Origin: Eledone cirrhosa
Lineage: Eukaryota
Assembly: GCA_964016885.1 (NCBI GenBank)
Contig: OZ024764.1
Span: 28,706,001-28,770,000, forward strand
Length of the DNA stretch: 64,000 nucleotides
Direction of reading: 5' to 3'
The position numbers were made by a program, and so were the translations under genes. Positions 25,930 through 38,800 of this stretch are shown here, piece after piece (the first letter of the stretch is position 1; every line of letters starts with the position of its first letter). Under the pieces are notes generated by a model, which did no database searches, was not told where the DNA came from, and saw only the letters and a list, made by a program, of their open reading frames with translations.

Positions 25930-27404
25930 ATATACATAAACAAGACTGTTATTGCTTCAACCAGTCTATTTACCTTTGATAACTATCCTAAATATAAATA
26001 CACCTATACCATACATACACATATCATATATGTTTTTGATGCCGTGGTATAGCAGAGATAAGCAAGAAGAGAAAAGAAAATGAAAAGGAGAAAAAAAAAG
26101 AAGTAAGAAGTCGGGGGAGGGACAAACACTTCACCCCAGTCTAAGTGGTCCCTCAGCCGCAACCTGTGGAAGAAACGTAAAAGCGTTACCTCGGAGCAAG
26201 GCCAGAGACACCTGCTACAATAGTCGCCCCTCCTCATGAGGCTCCTGTCGTCTTTCCTCCCGACTTTATGGAGGAAATCAGCAGTACAGGGACCAAGTAT
26301 GGCAGAGGTCTCAATGGAGTGGAAGAGGTGAGTCAGGCCTTGGTACTATCTTACTATCCTCTGCATTGCGGGGTGTGGAGCCTAGGTTTGTGGCTGTAGC
26401 TATATTTGAACTTTTATATGAAATTTCAGTTTTATATTTTTCACATCATAAAACTTAATCTTAGTCTTTTGCAGCTCATCTTGTTTCATCTCGCAGCACA
26501 CGATTTGGGAACCACTGCTCTAGAGATAGAAAAAGTATATTTTATGCAGGGCTTCCCTGAGACATAAAAACTATTTCAAGAGATCGACATGGGTAGAAAG
26601 GTTGAGAAATGCTGCACAATGTTCTTTGGTTTTTGTTCACCTTTAGATAATCATGTATAAAATATCGGGTGTGCAAGATTTCATGAAAAGGTATAACATT
26701 ATTTATGCTGGTCTTGCAGGGACTAGCTCCAATTGAGAGTTGTACCAATTCCCACTAAACTCGAAACTCCTGGACAATATATACATATCTTTATAAGTTC
26801 CTGTGTATTGTGTCGCTGTATAATGAAACATAAATATATACCATGCATGTCAGTCAGATTTGAACTCACTATATTTGGCGTTTTATAGACAGAATTTGTT
26901 TGTTAAAACAATTGATTAAATAATAACTAAATAAAATTAATTCTACAATCCTGGATAGGGAATGAACTTATAACTTCATAATAGAAGCCATCTATTCGAG
27001 CAGTATTGCCATCTAAGCCACCAGGTTACTTACAGAACTTCATTCAAATATAAAATATAAAATATATGCCAGACATAGTGAGTTGGAATCTGACTGATTA
27101 GTTGGTCATTGTCCCAGCCAACAGTTTAAATCGCCAACCAGTAGGTGACATCGACTAGGTTGGGAAAACTTGGTTAAGTAGCTCCAGTTATTGCTACGTT
27201 AGACATATTCAAGACTTATCGACACCGAATGGAAGAAAGGTAAAGTTGAACTCAGAGTAAAGAACAGGAAAAATACTGCAAAGAATTCTATCTGATGTTC
27301 TAACAATTCTACCAAATTACCTTATGTATATATATTTATATCTAGAGATAAGAAGAAAACTGAAAGAAAGAAAAAAAAAAATGAGACCTTATATGTAACC
27401 CATG
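25544..27404 (+). repeat. Direct duplicate of ~22853-24718, starting with a Helitron 5' (Zn-finger) fragment at 25544-25789 (-)
   Basis: Colinear near-identity at an offset of ~2.68 kb. Confidence 0.92.
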
Positions 27405-27954
27405 ACCAGGATTGAAACCGAAACCAGGACTACCACCATCTCTGGTATCACCCACCAGACCACCATGAAAGATACAAAAATCTGCTTTTTTAATATTTAT
27501 AAGCCTACTTTCAATATTAAAGTAATTAACATGTGGTGTTGTTCATGCCTTTCTCTATGTTATTGGTAAAAAATAAAGTATTTAAACCTCAAATTTTGTT
27601 ATTCAAATATGCTTGCTTATGTAATTATAAATGTCGCAGAATACACACACATATATAGATGTGAAAATATTCAGGACCCCAACGGCTGTGCTACTGCCGT
27701 TTCGACATCTATATATATATATTTTTGTCCTAGGCTCTTTCAGCGCAGAAAGAATTCTCCAATGATCACAACCAGCTAATGGTGCCCAGTGGAAGCACTT
27801 TAGTCTAATTGTAACCCCAACGATCACGATTAGCGGCGGCTTTTTCGAGTCTGAGGTTGACTGCCAGATATATATATATATATCTATATATATATATATA
27901 TTTTTATACTTTGCTAGAATCCCGGAGAACAACAGAAAGATGCTGAGTTCAGAG

Positions 27955-28597
27955 TTTAAAAAACATGTCCCCTTTAATATAAAAACAATCCGAGTCTTGT
28001 AAAAGTGTTATTACTGTAATATAAAGTAGAAACCCTTTATTTAAACAAAGCTGCGATGCAGCGATCATCAAAGCAAACCCCAAAATGTAAACAAACTTCT
28101 CGCAGGTGCTGCCAGATACACGATAACATGTGTATACGAAGTGTAACAGGGAGTTGGGTCGTATTATATGACTTTCAAATTGACCCCTATTATATTCAAA
28201 TTATCCCCTGTGGGGCGTGCACCCCACGTTGAGAATCCCTCATCAATAAATATATGTGAGTGTGTTGCTATGACTACTATTTCTAGCAGGTTTACTGCAG
28301 TCCTGTAGACGCACAACAAAAACCGGAAGTGGCAGCCATTAAAAAACTTTGGCTTAAAATCAGCCAAAAGATTTTCAATAATAGTAAAATTTTATTTTTG
28401 ACAAGGACGATAACTTTTGTCTTACTTAATCGCAAAATTCGAGGCAAAAATTTTGAGGGTGTGCAGTTTACACGCTAAAAATAAACCTGCTAGAAATAGC
28501 AGTCATAGCAACTCACTTACATATATTTATATATCATATATATATATATATGATATATATATGGACACTTTAGAAATAGCAGCGAATAACAGAAAGG

Positions 28598-28628
<31 letters not shown>

Positions 28629-28658
28629 CACACACACACATATATATATATGCCCCAG

Positions 28659-28720
<62 letters not shown>

Positions 28721-29140
28721 TATATATATGCCCCAGCATACACACACACACACACATATATATATATATGCCCCAGCATGGTCTTGGACGATCGTCTAAC
28801 TAAGACCAATAATAAAATACTTCAAAATAAATTAAACACCCCTAAATCCGGGGTTACAACTTGGATTATTTAAAAGTCAGTAAAGCTGTAAAGATTCTAT
28901 ATTGTAAATAGGTGGTCGCATGTTCGAATCCGGGCAAATCCCGAGAAAAATAACAAAAAGAAGGACAATGTAAAAATAACAGCCATAGACGAGAGGAGGA
29001 CACACACACAAACACACACACTCACACACACATGTATATATATATATATATGTGTGTCTGTGTATGTGTTTGGCTGCTATATATATATATATATAGCGGT
29101 CAACACACACACACGTACATATATAAGTGTGTGTGTTTGG

Positions 29141-29180
<40 letters not shown>

Positions 29181-29760
29181 ATATAAATATATGTGAGTGG
29201 CTATGACTGCTATTTCTAGCAGGTTTATTTTAGCGTGTTAACTGGACACCCGCAAAATTTTTGCCTCGATTTTTGCGATTAAGTAAGACAAAAGTTATCG
29301 TCCTTGTCAAAAATAAAATTTTACTATTATTGAAAATCTTTTGGCTGATTTTAAGCCGAAGTTTTTTAATGGCTGCCACTTCCGGTTTTTGTTGTGCGTC
29401 TACAGGACAGCCAGAAACCTACTAGAAATAGCAGTCATAACAACACACTTATGTATATTTATATATCAGGGATTCTCAACGAAGGGTACACGCCCCACAG
29501 GGGGCAATTTGAATTTAATAGGGGCCAATTAGAAAGTGATATAATACGACCAAACTTCCAGTTACACTTTGTTCACATGTTATCGTGTATCTGGCAGCAG
29601 CTACGAGAAGTTTGTTTATATTTTGAAGTTTGTTTTGATCATCGCGGCATCGTAGCTTTGTTTAATTAAAGCATTTCTACTTTATATTACAGTAGTAACA
29701 CTTTTACAAGACTCGGTTTATTTCTATATTAAAGGGGAACATAAACCTAATTTTTAAACG
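27955..29760. repeat. Second inverted pair of the ~0.5-kb module with the same spacer as 1-1560; the right arm is more diverged
   Basis: 28049 onward matches window position 1 onward. The arms extend to cccctttaatat...cgagtcttgtaaaagtg and cacttttacaagactcg...atattaaagggg. Confidence 0.9.
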
Positions 29761-29828
29761 TTGAGGTGGGGCATGGAGCAAAAAAGGTTTGGAACTACTG
29801 AAGACAACGAATCATCGTTTTTATTAAT

Positions 29829-30837
29829 GTAAACAAACTTCTCGCAGGTGCTGCCAGATACACGATAACATGTGTATACGAAGTGTAACAGGGAGTTGGG
29901 TCGTATTATATGACTTTCAAATTATCCCCTGTGGGGCTTGCACCCCACGTTGAGAATCCCTCATAAATAAATATATGTGAGTGTGTTGCTATGACTGCTA
30001 TTTCTAGCAGGTTTACTGCAGTCCTCTAGACGCACAACAAAAACCGGAAGTGGCAGCCATTAAAAAACTTTGGCTTAAAATCAGGCAAAAGTTTTTTAAC
30101 AATTTGCCAAGAAAGATAACTCTTGTCTTACTTAATCGCAAAAATCGAGGCAAAAATTTTGCGGGTGTGCAGTTTGTTTGGTGTATTTGACTGCTATTTC
30201 TAGCATATATGGACACTTTAGAAATAGCAGCAAAACACGGGAAACATAAGAAAGAAGGTCACACACGTATATATATATATATAATTATGTATCTGTATAT
30301 ATATATATATATATATACATATATACATATATATATGCACAGATATATACATTTAAATATATATATTTATATATACATACACGCGCGCACACACACCTAT
30401 ACGTAGATATGGGTGTGTGTAAAGCTGGTATATATATATATGTATGGGTGAGTGTATAGCTGGTATATATATATATATATATAGGTGTGTGTCCTTCTTT
30501 CTGCTGTTTTCCGTTTTTCGCTGCTATTTCTAAAGTGTCCATACATGCTAGAAATAGCAGTCAAATACACCAAACAAACTGCACACCCGCAAAATTTTTG
30601 CCTCGATTTTTGCGATTAAGTAAGACAAGAGTTATCTTTCTTGGCAAATTGTTAAAAAACTTTTGCCTGATTTTAAGCCAAAGTTTTTTAATGGCTGCCA
30701 CTTCCGGTTTTTGTTGTGTGTCTACAGGACTGCAGTAAACCTGCTAGAAATAGCAGTCATAGAAACACACTCACATATATTTATTTATGAGGGATTCTCA
30801 ACGTGGGGTGCACGCCCCACAGGGGATAATTTGAATA
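29829..30837. repeat. Third inverted pair of a module variant (arms ~29829-30245 and ~30510-30837) around a TA/CA spacer
   Basis: Near-identical translations at 30013..30216 (-) and 30487..30738 (+). Confidence 0.88.
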
Positions 30838-33800
30838 TCCCCCTCTTTATATCAATTAGCACACACTCTCTCCCTCTCTATATCTACTACACGGCACTCT
30901 CTTCCAATACCCCTCTCTATATGAAGTAACACCAAACTCTCCCCCTCTCTATATATTAAGCACTAAGTCAGGAATTTTTTTCTTCTTTCGTGCAGAGAGA
31001 GTAAAGTTGATTAAATCTACTGCAGTGAATTACTGGTATTTTATTTAATAAAAATTAAAATTTACTATTTGTCTTCGTTTAATTTTCGTTTTTCTTTACA
31101 TAGTTTCGTTTCGTTAAATGTCTCCAGAATTTGTTTTTACTTTTACCGGATATTGAAGGTGTAAACTTGGTGTTGTCTAGAAACGTGTTAGAAATATTTT
31201 TCTTTTAATTGTGACGAATTTAACCGCAAAGTAAGTTTTTTTTTACTGTTTATTTGTGGCTGGGACAACGTATGGTATGTGTTAATGTAAATGGTGAAGG
31301 TTTAAAGATTCTTTTTACAACTGAAAATCAGTTTGTTGTTGCTGCTAATTACTTAACGCATGGAATAGATTTAAAAAATACACGATTGTTTCTCGGAAGA
31401 GAGGAAGAAGAAACAAATCACAGAAGCGTGTAGCACACACATTTGGGACCACATACAACACAAAAACAGGTAATCCACACATCTGGGACCACATACAACA
31501 CACCAGCAGGTAATACATACATCTAGGACCACATAAGCAGGTAATAACACATCTAGGACCACATACAACACACAAGCAGGTAATACACACATCTAGGACG
31601 ACATACAACCAAAGGCAGGCGAAAGGGGTGGACAAACGAGCTGCTACTAGATCAAAAGATAACAGTATCGCGAGGAGCACGGGGAAACCTCTCTAATGAT
31701 TTTTTAGGCAAGCCAGCACGTCTGCAGCGTTACCTCGGGCGATGGCGAGGCTGAGGAGCTGGAACAACCAAGTGCCCTCACGAGCTTCACCAGTCACCTT
31801 CGTCAGGCTAGCCGCCAGTGAAGATAGGAATCTCGCAGTCAGTATCCCGACTCCCCCAAACGCCACAGGCTGGAAAATGTAGTTGGCCGACAGATCACAT
31901 TATTACTTAACAGTGATAGATATTCTGTCTAAAGGAGGGGCGTACAACAGGCGGCCCGCGGGCCACAATCGAGCCCACCTGACCAGTCAGAGTGGCCCGC
32001 AATGACTGTTGTAGGCTTATTTAGAATTTTTTCCATACCCGTAATACTTCTGTTAGTTGACCTATACTAAAGGACTTCACTGATAGGGTTATATGTGTTA
32101 TAGTTTCCCAGTTGACCTATACTAAAGGACTTCACTGATAGGGTTATATGTGTTATAGTTTCCCAGTTGACCTATACTAAAGGACTTCACTGATAGGGTT
32201 ATATGTGTTATAATTTCCCAGTTGACCTATACTAAAGGACTTCACTGATAGGGTTATATGTGTTATAGTTTCCCAGTTCACCTATACTAAAGGACTTCAC
32301 TGATAGGGTTATATGTGTTATAGTTTCCCAGTTGACCTATACTAAAGGGCTTCACTGATAGAGTTATATGTGTTATAGTTTCCCAGAGGGCTTCACTGAT
32401 AGGGTTATATGTGTTATAGTTTCCCAGTTGACCTATACTAAAGGACTTCACTGATAGGGTTATATGTGTTATAGTTTCCCAGTTGACCTATACTAAAGGA
32501 CTTCACTGATAGGGTTATATGTGTTATAGTTTCCCAGTTGACCTATACTAAAGGACTTCACTGATAGGGTTATATGTGTTATAGTTTCCCAGTTGACCTA
32601 TACTAAAGGACTTCACTGATAGGGTTATATGTGTTATAGTTTCCCAGTTGACCTATACTAAAGGGCTTCACTGATAGAGTTATATGTGTTATAGTTTGAA
32701 ACAAACTACCCGCGTCAGTTATTATACTTTTATAACACCGCTATATTACCTACATGAAAGAGGTAAATATTTATTTCTCTTGTCTTCTTAAATGTATAGA
32801 ACATTTTTATTATATATATTCTTAACATAGCTAGGACCGTTTATTATTTACTAGTCTCTACTCCTAGGACTTTGCTGGTCTCATGTCCCCTCCATCAACA
32901 CACACTCGGTAGAAAGCTGGTCGTCGGAGGTAAAGTGGCCCTGATTACAGGTCTAGTATTGAAGCCTTTCGGCTTGAGCCTTGCTGATGCCGACAGAGTT
33001 CCTGTGGTAGTTTTGGTAGCACAGGTGACATTTTATTGTGTTTAGGTACCGGCTAGTGCGGACACAGAGAGCACAACCAGGTGGTGAGCTGGCAACGACC
33101 AAGTGTAGAGGGCCAGCTTTGAAATTCGAGCGACGGAGTGAACTAGTAAAAGAGGCAGGGTAAGCAGCATTGGTTCTAACGGTGGGACTAGAACGGAGGT
33201 TGGGTGATGCTGGGGGTGGGCTAACAGCTAACAGTTGTAGGAGTGGTGGGGGTTTGCTAGAATTAATTTTTACATCTGTCTGTGAACTCTTGAAAAAGCA
33301 ACATACAATTGTCCAGGGTTAAATACTTGCTCAGGGAGGAACAGACCCACTTTATCATGTATTTGACCATGGTTCTTGTTGATTGTCATGGCATATGACA
33401 GTCTTAATGGAAACTGGGGTCTTTCCAAAGTAAAAAGGATGTTGGCACCACTGGGGGCTAACTTCAGTCTTGGGATCAAAACACACCTGCCCATCAAAGG
33501 ACCATAGATATGAGAAGCTTTGATAAAATGTTTATGCAGTTCTACTACTTCTAATCTTGTGCCATTACATTATCTGTTCTGGATTGAAATATTCCATAGA
33601 AGCATTATTATTGATCCTGCTTTTAATTGGAGTTTGTGAGGCGGCATCCCAGAAGGTGTAAGCAAGTTCATTTAGCTTGAACCAGGCAGCAAGGGTCCCT
33701 GCATTTCTACCACAACCTGAGCATTGCCTCTTTGAAAGTAAACTCTGTTTGTTCTCCAGGTGTGTGGCTAGGCTGTATAATGTATGTGATGTACCATGAA

Positions 33801-35729
33801 GCTTAAATTCGGACAGACACGACACTGCTTCTGGCTGAGACACATACCTGCAACAAAGATAGGTTCTTATTTCATCATGGTTGTGTTGGTTCTGAGCCTC
33901 ATTAGGTAATGCATTATTCGTTACTTCTATAGATGTACAATCATGCCCCATGTAACATATTTAAAGAGGTACTTGACACTTTTTACAGAAGCGCAAACTT
34001 CAACATTAATATGTGCACAATATTTCTTAATCAAAAAGGCATTAAATGGCACAACATTCCTGTTATCTACTGAATGTCATCCAATTTACACTGCAGTTCC
34101 TGTCTTGCACCTCCTGTACTCTGGGTATCCATTTAGGTTCAATAATGTTTCCCTTCTGTAGGTTTTTGGATAGTTCTTTTGGAAAAATCCATTTTGTATA
34201 AATGGGGGAAAAGGGTTTCCAGAACCACATGGCCCGTGTATCATAAACTTTTAAACCTGCTCATGTAGTACTTGATCATCTTCCAATGCAGGTATTTCTG
34301 CTGACACGATTCTGTCAATGTCTTCTCTGTTTCTTATCTTGTCTTCATTTCTTAAGGCTCAGTGTTATCATCTGTTTAGATAATTCATTAAACCATTATA
34401 CTCATCCACTCACAATTGGGCTTGATTGTTCCTCAAATATTGAAGCCTGCATCCCCCTACTTTCATATAGGCTTACACTAAATACTGCTAAAATAATTTA
34501 CCTGCCCTATATATCGCACTAAATCCTCCTCTATATGCTATACTGTATATGTAATACTCCTGCATTGTCAGTCTATTGCAAACACAGGTCCTGCATTCCT
34601 CTCCATGTCACTATGCCACCAAAATTCACCATTATGGGTTGGTCATGAGGTCCAAGTGGCATGAATTATGTGATATTTTCTGAGGAGGATGGTCTTTAGG
34701 AAAGATGATAATATCTCTTTGTACAGGTGGTCTGCCCTCAATCCCCCACAAAACAACAGCTATCATTACTAGTTGGTAAATTATAGCAGCTCATATCTGA
34801 TCCTCTTCTAAATCTTAATTTACAGTTCTGTACACAACAATTTTCTCTTCTTGCACTTTGCTGTTTGATGCCATGCATTGTATTGTACACTTCGACATAT
34901 GGATTACATCACGCAACACCTCTCTTATCATAGCCATTTTTTGTGGTGAGCACTCATTATTTTTTGGTACTAGGGCGGTGGATTGGCAGTATCGGTAGAG
35001 CGTCAGACACCATGCTTTGCAGCATAGGGTTATGGCCCTTTACGTTCTGGGTTCAAATCCCTCCAAGGTTGACTTTGTTTTCATCCTTATGAGGTCGATA
35101 GAATAAAGTACCAGTAATTGCTGGCCTTGTGCCAGAAACAATTATTTGGTCGTACTTCCAATCTGTGCTACACACCTTCGTTCCCATCAATAATATATAA
35201 CTGGCCATATTGTGGTGTATTTTCTGCAGGTTACAGAGATGGGGGTGTAGTGATATGTTTGACCCTGAATATGAAAGCTATACGGGCCTCTGCCGGGTGG
35301 TAACACCAAATGAAGTGAAATAAATGTAGTTTTAATTGCAGACGTTTCTGTGAAATCAACTGCTTCCTGGCCTCTTTCAAAGAGATTTCTCAGTCTCTCG
35401 GGGTATATTTGCAATGGAGGCAACACAACCTTTCCTTTATTACAACAGTTACAATTTTCATTTCTAAATTTCAAAGCTTCACAGTGATCACACGAAACAT
35501 TCATATCACTAATATGAAATTCTTCTAGATTTCCATTAATATTAATTGTTGGCCAATTTCTCTTACGACGCTCATTATCCATTCTTCTCTGTCTGAATGT
35601 TTTCCATTCTAAGTCTATTTGCATGGAATAATTATATTCTGTTGTTTATTATGTAATTAAACAGCTCTGTACAATACATAGAGCATTCTTCTTTTCTTTA
35701 CCTTTTCTATAGAAATACAAGAACAAACA

Positions 35730-35762
<33 letters not shown>

Positions 35763-35803
35763 GTGTGTATATACATAAACAAGACTGTTATTACTCCAAC
35801 CAG
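30838..35803 (+). repeat. Third segmental copy of ~3226-8046: CRE-like B 31693-31898, 55-bp array 32054-32697 (~12 units), PHD frame 32935-33267
   Basis: Colinear near-identity at an offset of ~27.6-27.75 kb. Confidence 0.92.
33270..35624 (-). mobile_element. Helitron RepHel pseudogene copy 3
   Basis: Same motifs, deletions and SINE insertion as copy 1. Confidence 0.9.
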
Positions 35804-38800
35804 ATGAAACTCTGTCATGTAATGTTATGGACATATCTGCCCCTGTGGCTAATAATTCTGTCATGTAATGTTATGGACATCTCTGCCCCTGTGGCTAATA
35901 ATTCTGTCATGTTATGTTATGGACATCTCTGCCCCTGTGGTTAATAATTCTGACATGTAATGTTATGGACATCTCTGCCCTGTGGCTAATAATTCTGACA
36001 TGTAATGTTATGGACATCTCTGCCCCTGTGGCTAATAATTCTGAGAGAGATGAAACACGTGGGGGATTAGAGAGAGATAAAACAAGTGAGGGATTAGAGT
36101 GTTGAAACAAGAGAGAGAGAGGAAGAGAGAGAGAGAGCGAGATGAAATGAGACAGGGAGAGCGAGATGAAACGCGAGAGTGAGAGAAGCGAGATGAAACG
36201 AGAGAGTGAGAGAGAGATGAAACGAGAGAGAGAGAGAGCGAGATGAAACGAGACAGAGAGAGCGAGATGTAATGAGAGAGAGAGAGAGCGGGATGGAACG
36301 AGACAGAGAGGAAACGAGAGAGAGAGGAAACGAGAGTGAGGAAACGAGAGTAGAGAGCGAGATGAAACAGGAGAGAGAGAGCGAGATGAAACGAGAGGGA
36401 GAGAGAGATGAAACGAGGGAGATAGAGATGAAACGAGAGAGAGGAAGAGAGAGATGGAACGAGAGAGAGGAAGACAGAGATGAAACGAGAGAGAGAGAGA
36501 GATGAAACGAGAGAGAGAGAGCGCGAGATGAAACGAGAGAGAGAGAGCGCGAGATGAAACGACAGAGAGAGAGACAGATGAAAGGAGGGAGATAGAGATG
36601 AAACGAGAGAGAGGAAGAGAGAGATGGAACGAGCGAGAGGAAGAGAGAGATGGAACGAGAGAGAGGAAGACAGAGATGAAACGAGAGAGAGGAAGAGAGA
36701 GAGCGCCAGATGAAACTCTGTCATGTAATGTTATGGACATATCTGCCCTTGGGGCTAATAATTGTCATGTAATGTTATGGACATCTCTGCCCTTGTGGCT
36801 AATAATTCTGTCATGTAATGTTATGGACATCTCTGCCCCTGTGGCTAATAATTCTTTCATGTAATGTTATGGACATCTCGGCCCCTGTGGCTAATAATTC
36901 TGACATGTAATGTTATGGACATCTCTGCCCCTGTGGCTAATAATTCTGACATGTAATGTTATGGACATCTCTGCCCTGTGTCTAATAATTCTGACATGTA
37001 ATGTTATGGACATCTCTGCCCCTGTGGCTAATAATTCTGTCATGTAATGTTATGGACATCTCTGCCCCTGTGGCTAATAATTCTGACATGTAATGTTATG
37101 GACATCTCTGCCCTGTGGCTAATAATTCTGACATGTAATGTTATGGACATCTCTGCCCCTGTGGCTAATAATTCTGAGAGAGATGAAACAAGTGAGGGAT
37201 TAGAGAGAGATAAAACAAGTGAGGGATTAGAGTGTTGAAACAAGAGAGAGAGAGGAAGAGAGAGAGAGAGCGAGATGAAATGAGACAGGGAGAGCGAGAT
37301 GAAACACGAGAGTGAGAGAAGCGAGATGAAACGAGCGAGTGAGAGCGAGATGAAACGAGAGAGAGAGAGAGCGAGATGAAACGAGACAGAGAGAGCGAGA
37401 TGTAATGAGAGAGAGAGAGAGCGGGATGGAACGAGACAGAGAGGAAACGAGAGAGAGGAAACGAGAGTAGAGAGCGAGATGAAACGAGAGGGAGAGAGAG
37501 ATGAAACGAGAGAGCGAGAGACAGATGAAACGAGGGAGATAGAGATGAAACGAGAGAGAGAAAGAGAGAGAGAGCGCGAGATGAAACGAGAGAGAGAGAG
37601 CGCGAGATGAAACGACAGAGAGAGAGACAGATGAAAGGAGGGAGATAGAGATGAAACGAGAGAGATGAAGATAGAGATGGAACGAGAGAGAGGAAGACAG
37701 AGATGAAACGAGAGAGAGAGAGAGCGAGATGAAACTCTGTCATGTAATGTTATGGACATCTCTGCCCCTGTGGCTAATGATTCTGACATGTAATGTTATG
37801 GACATCTCTGCCCCTGTGGCTAATAATTCTGACATGTAATGTTATGGTCATCTCTGCCCCTGTGGCTAATAATTCTGAGAGAGATGAAACAAGTGAGGGA
37901 TTAGAGTGTTGAAACAAGAGAGAGAGAGCGAGATGAAATGAGAGAGTGTGAGCGAGATGAAACGAGACAGGGAGAGTGAGATGAAACGAGAGAGTGAGAG
38001 CGAGATGAAACGAGAGAGTGAGAGCGAGATGAAACGAGAGAGAGAGAGCGAGATGAAATGAGAGAGAGAGAGCGAGATGAAATGAGAGAGAGAGAGCGAG
38101 AAGAAACGAGACAGAGAGAGAACGAGATGAAACGAGAGAGTGAGAGCGAGATGAAACGAGAGAGAGAGAGAGCGAGATGAAACGGGAGGGAGAGAGAGAT
38201 GAATCGAGAGAGAGTGGAAACGAGAGTAGAGAGCGAGATGAAACAGGAGAGAGAGAGAGCGAGATGAAACAGAAGAGAGAGAGCGAGATGAAACGAGAGG
38301 GAGAGAGAGATGAAACGAGAGAGCGAGAGAGAGATGAAACGAGGGAGATAGAGATGAAACGAGAGAGAGGAAGAGAGAGATGGAAAGAGAGAGAGGAAGA
38401 GAGAGATGAAATGAGAGAGAGAGAGCGCGAGATGAAACGAGAGAGAGAGAGCGCGAGATGAAATGACAGAGAGAGAGACAGATGAAACGAGAGAGAGGAA
38501 GAGAGAGATGGAACGAGAGAGAGGAAGAGAGAGATGGAACGAGAGAGAGGAAGACAGAGATGAAACGAGAGAGAGAGAGAGCGAGAGGAAACGAGAGAGA
38601 GAGAGCGCGAGATGAAACCCTGTCATGTAATGTTATGGACATCTCTGCCCCTGTGGCTAATGATTCTGACATGTAATGTTATGGACATCTCTGCCCCTGT
38701 GGCTAATAATTCTGACATGTAATGTTATGGTCATCTCTGCCCCTGTGGCTAATAATTCTGAGAGAGATGAAACAAGTGAGGGATTAGAGTGTTGAAACAA

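Noticed and set aside
27682-27712. Short hairpin acggc...gccgt followed by ctat as a Helitron 3' end
   Set aside because: 5-bp stem, no canonical CTRR, and the orientation and position do not fit the minus-strand RepHel copies.
36058-36105. gagggattagag motif resembling telomeric TTAGGG
   Set aside because: Only 1-2 imperfect copies per unit and no (TTAGGG)n tract.
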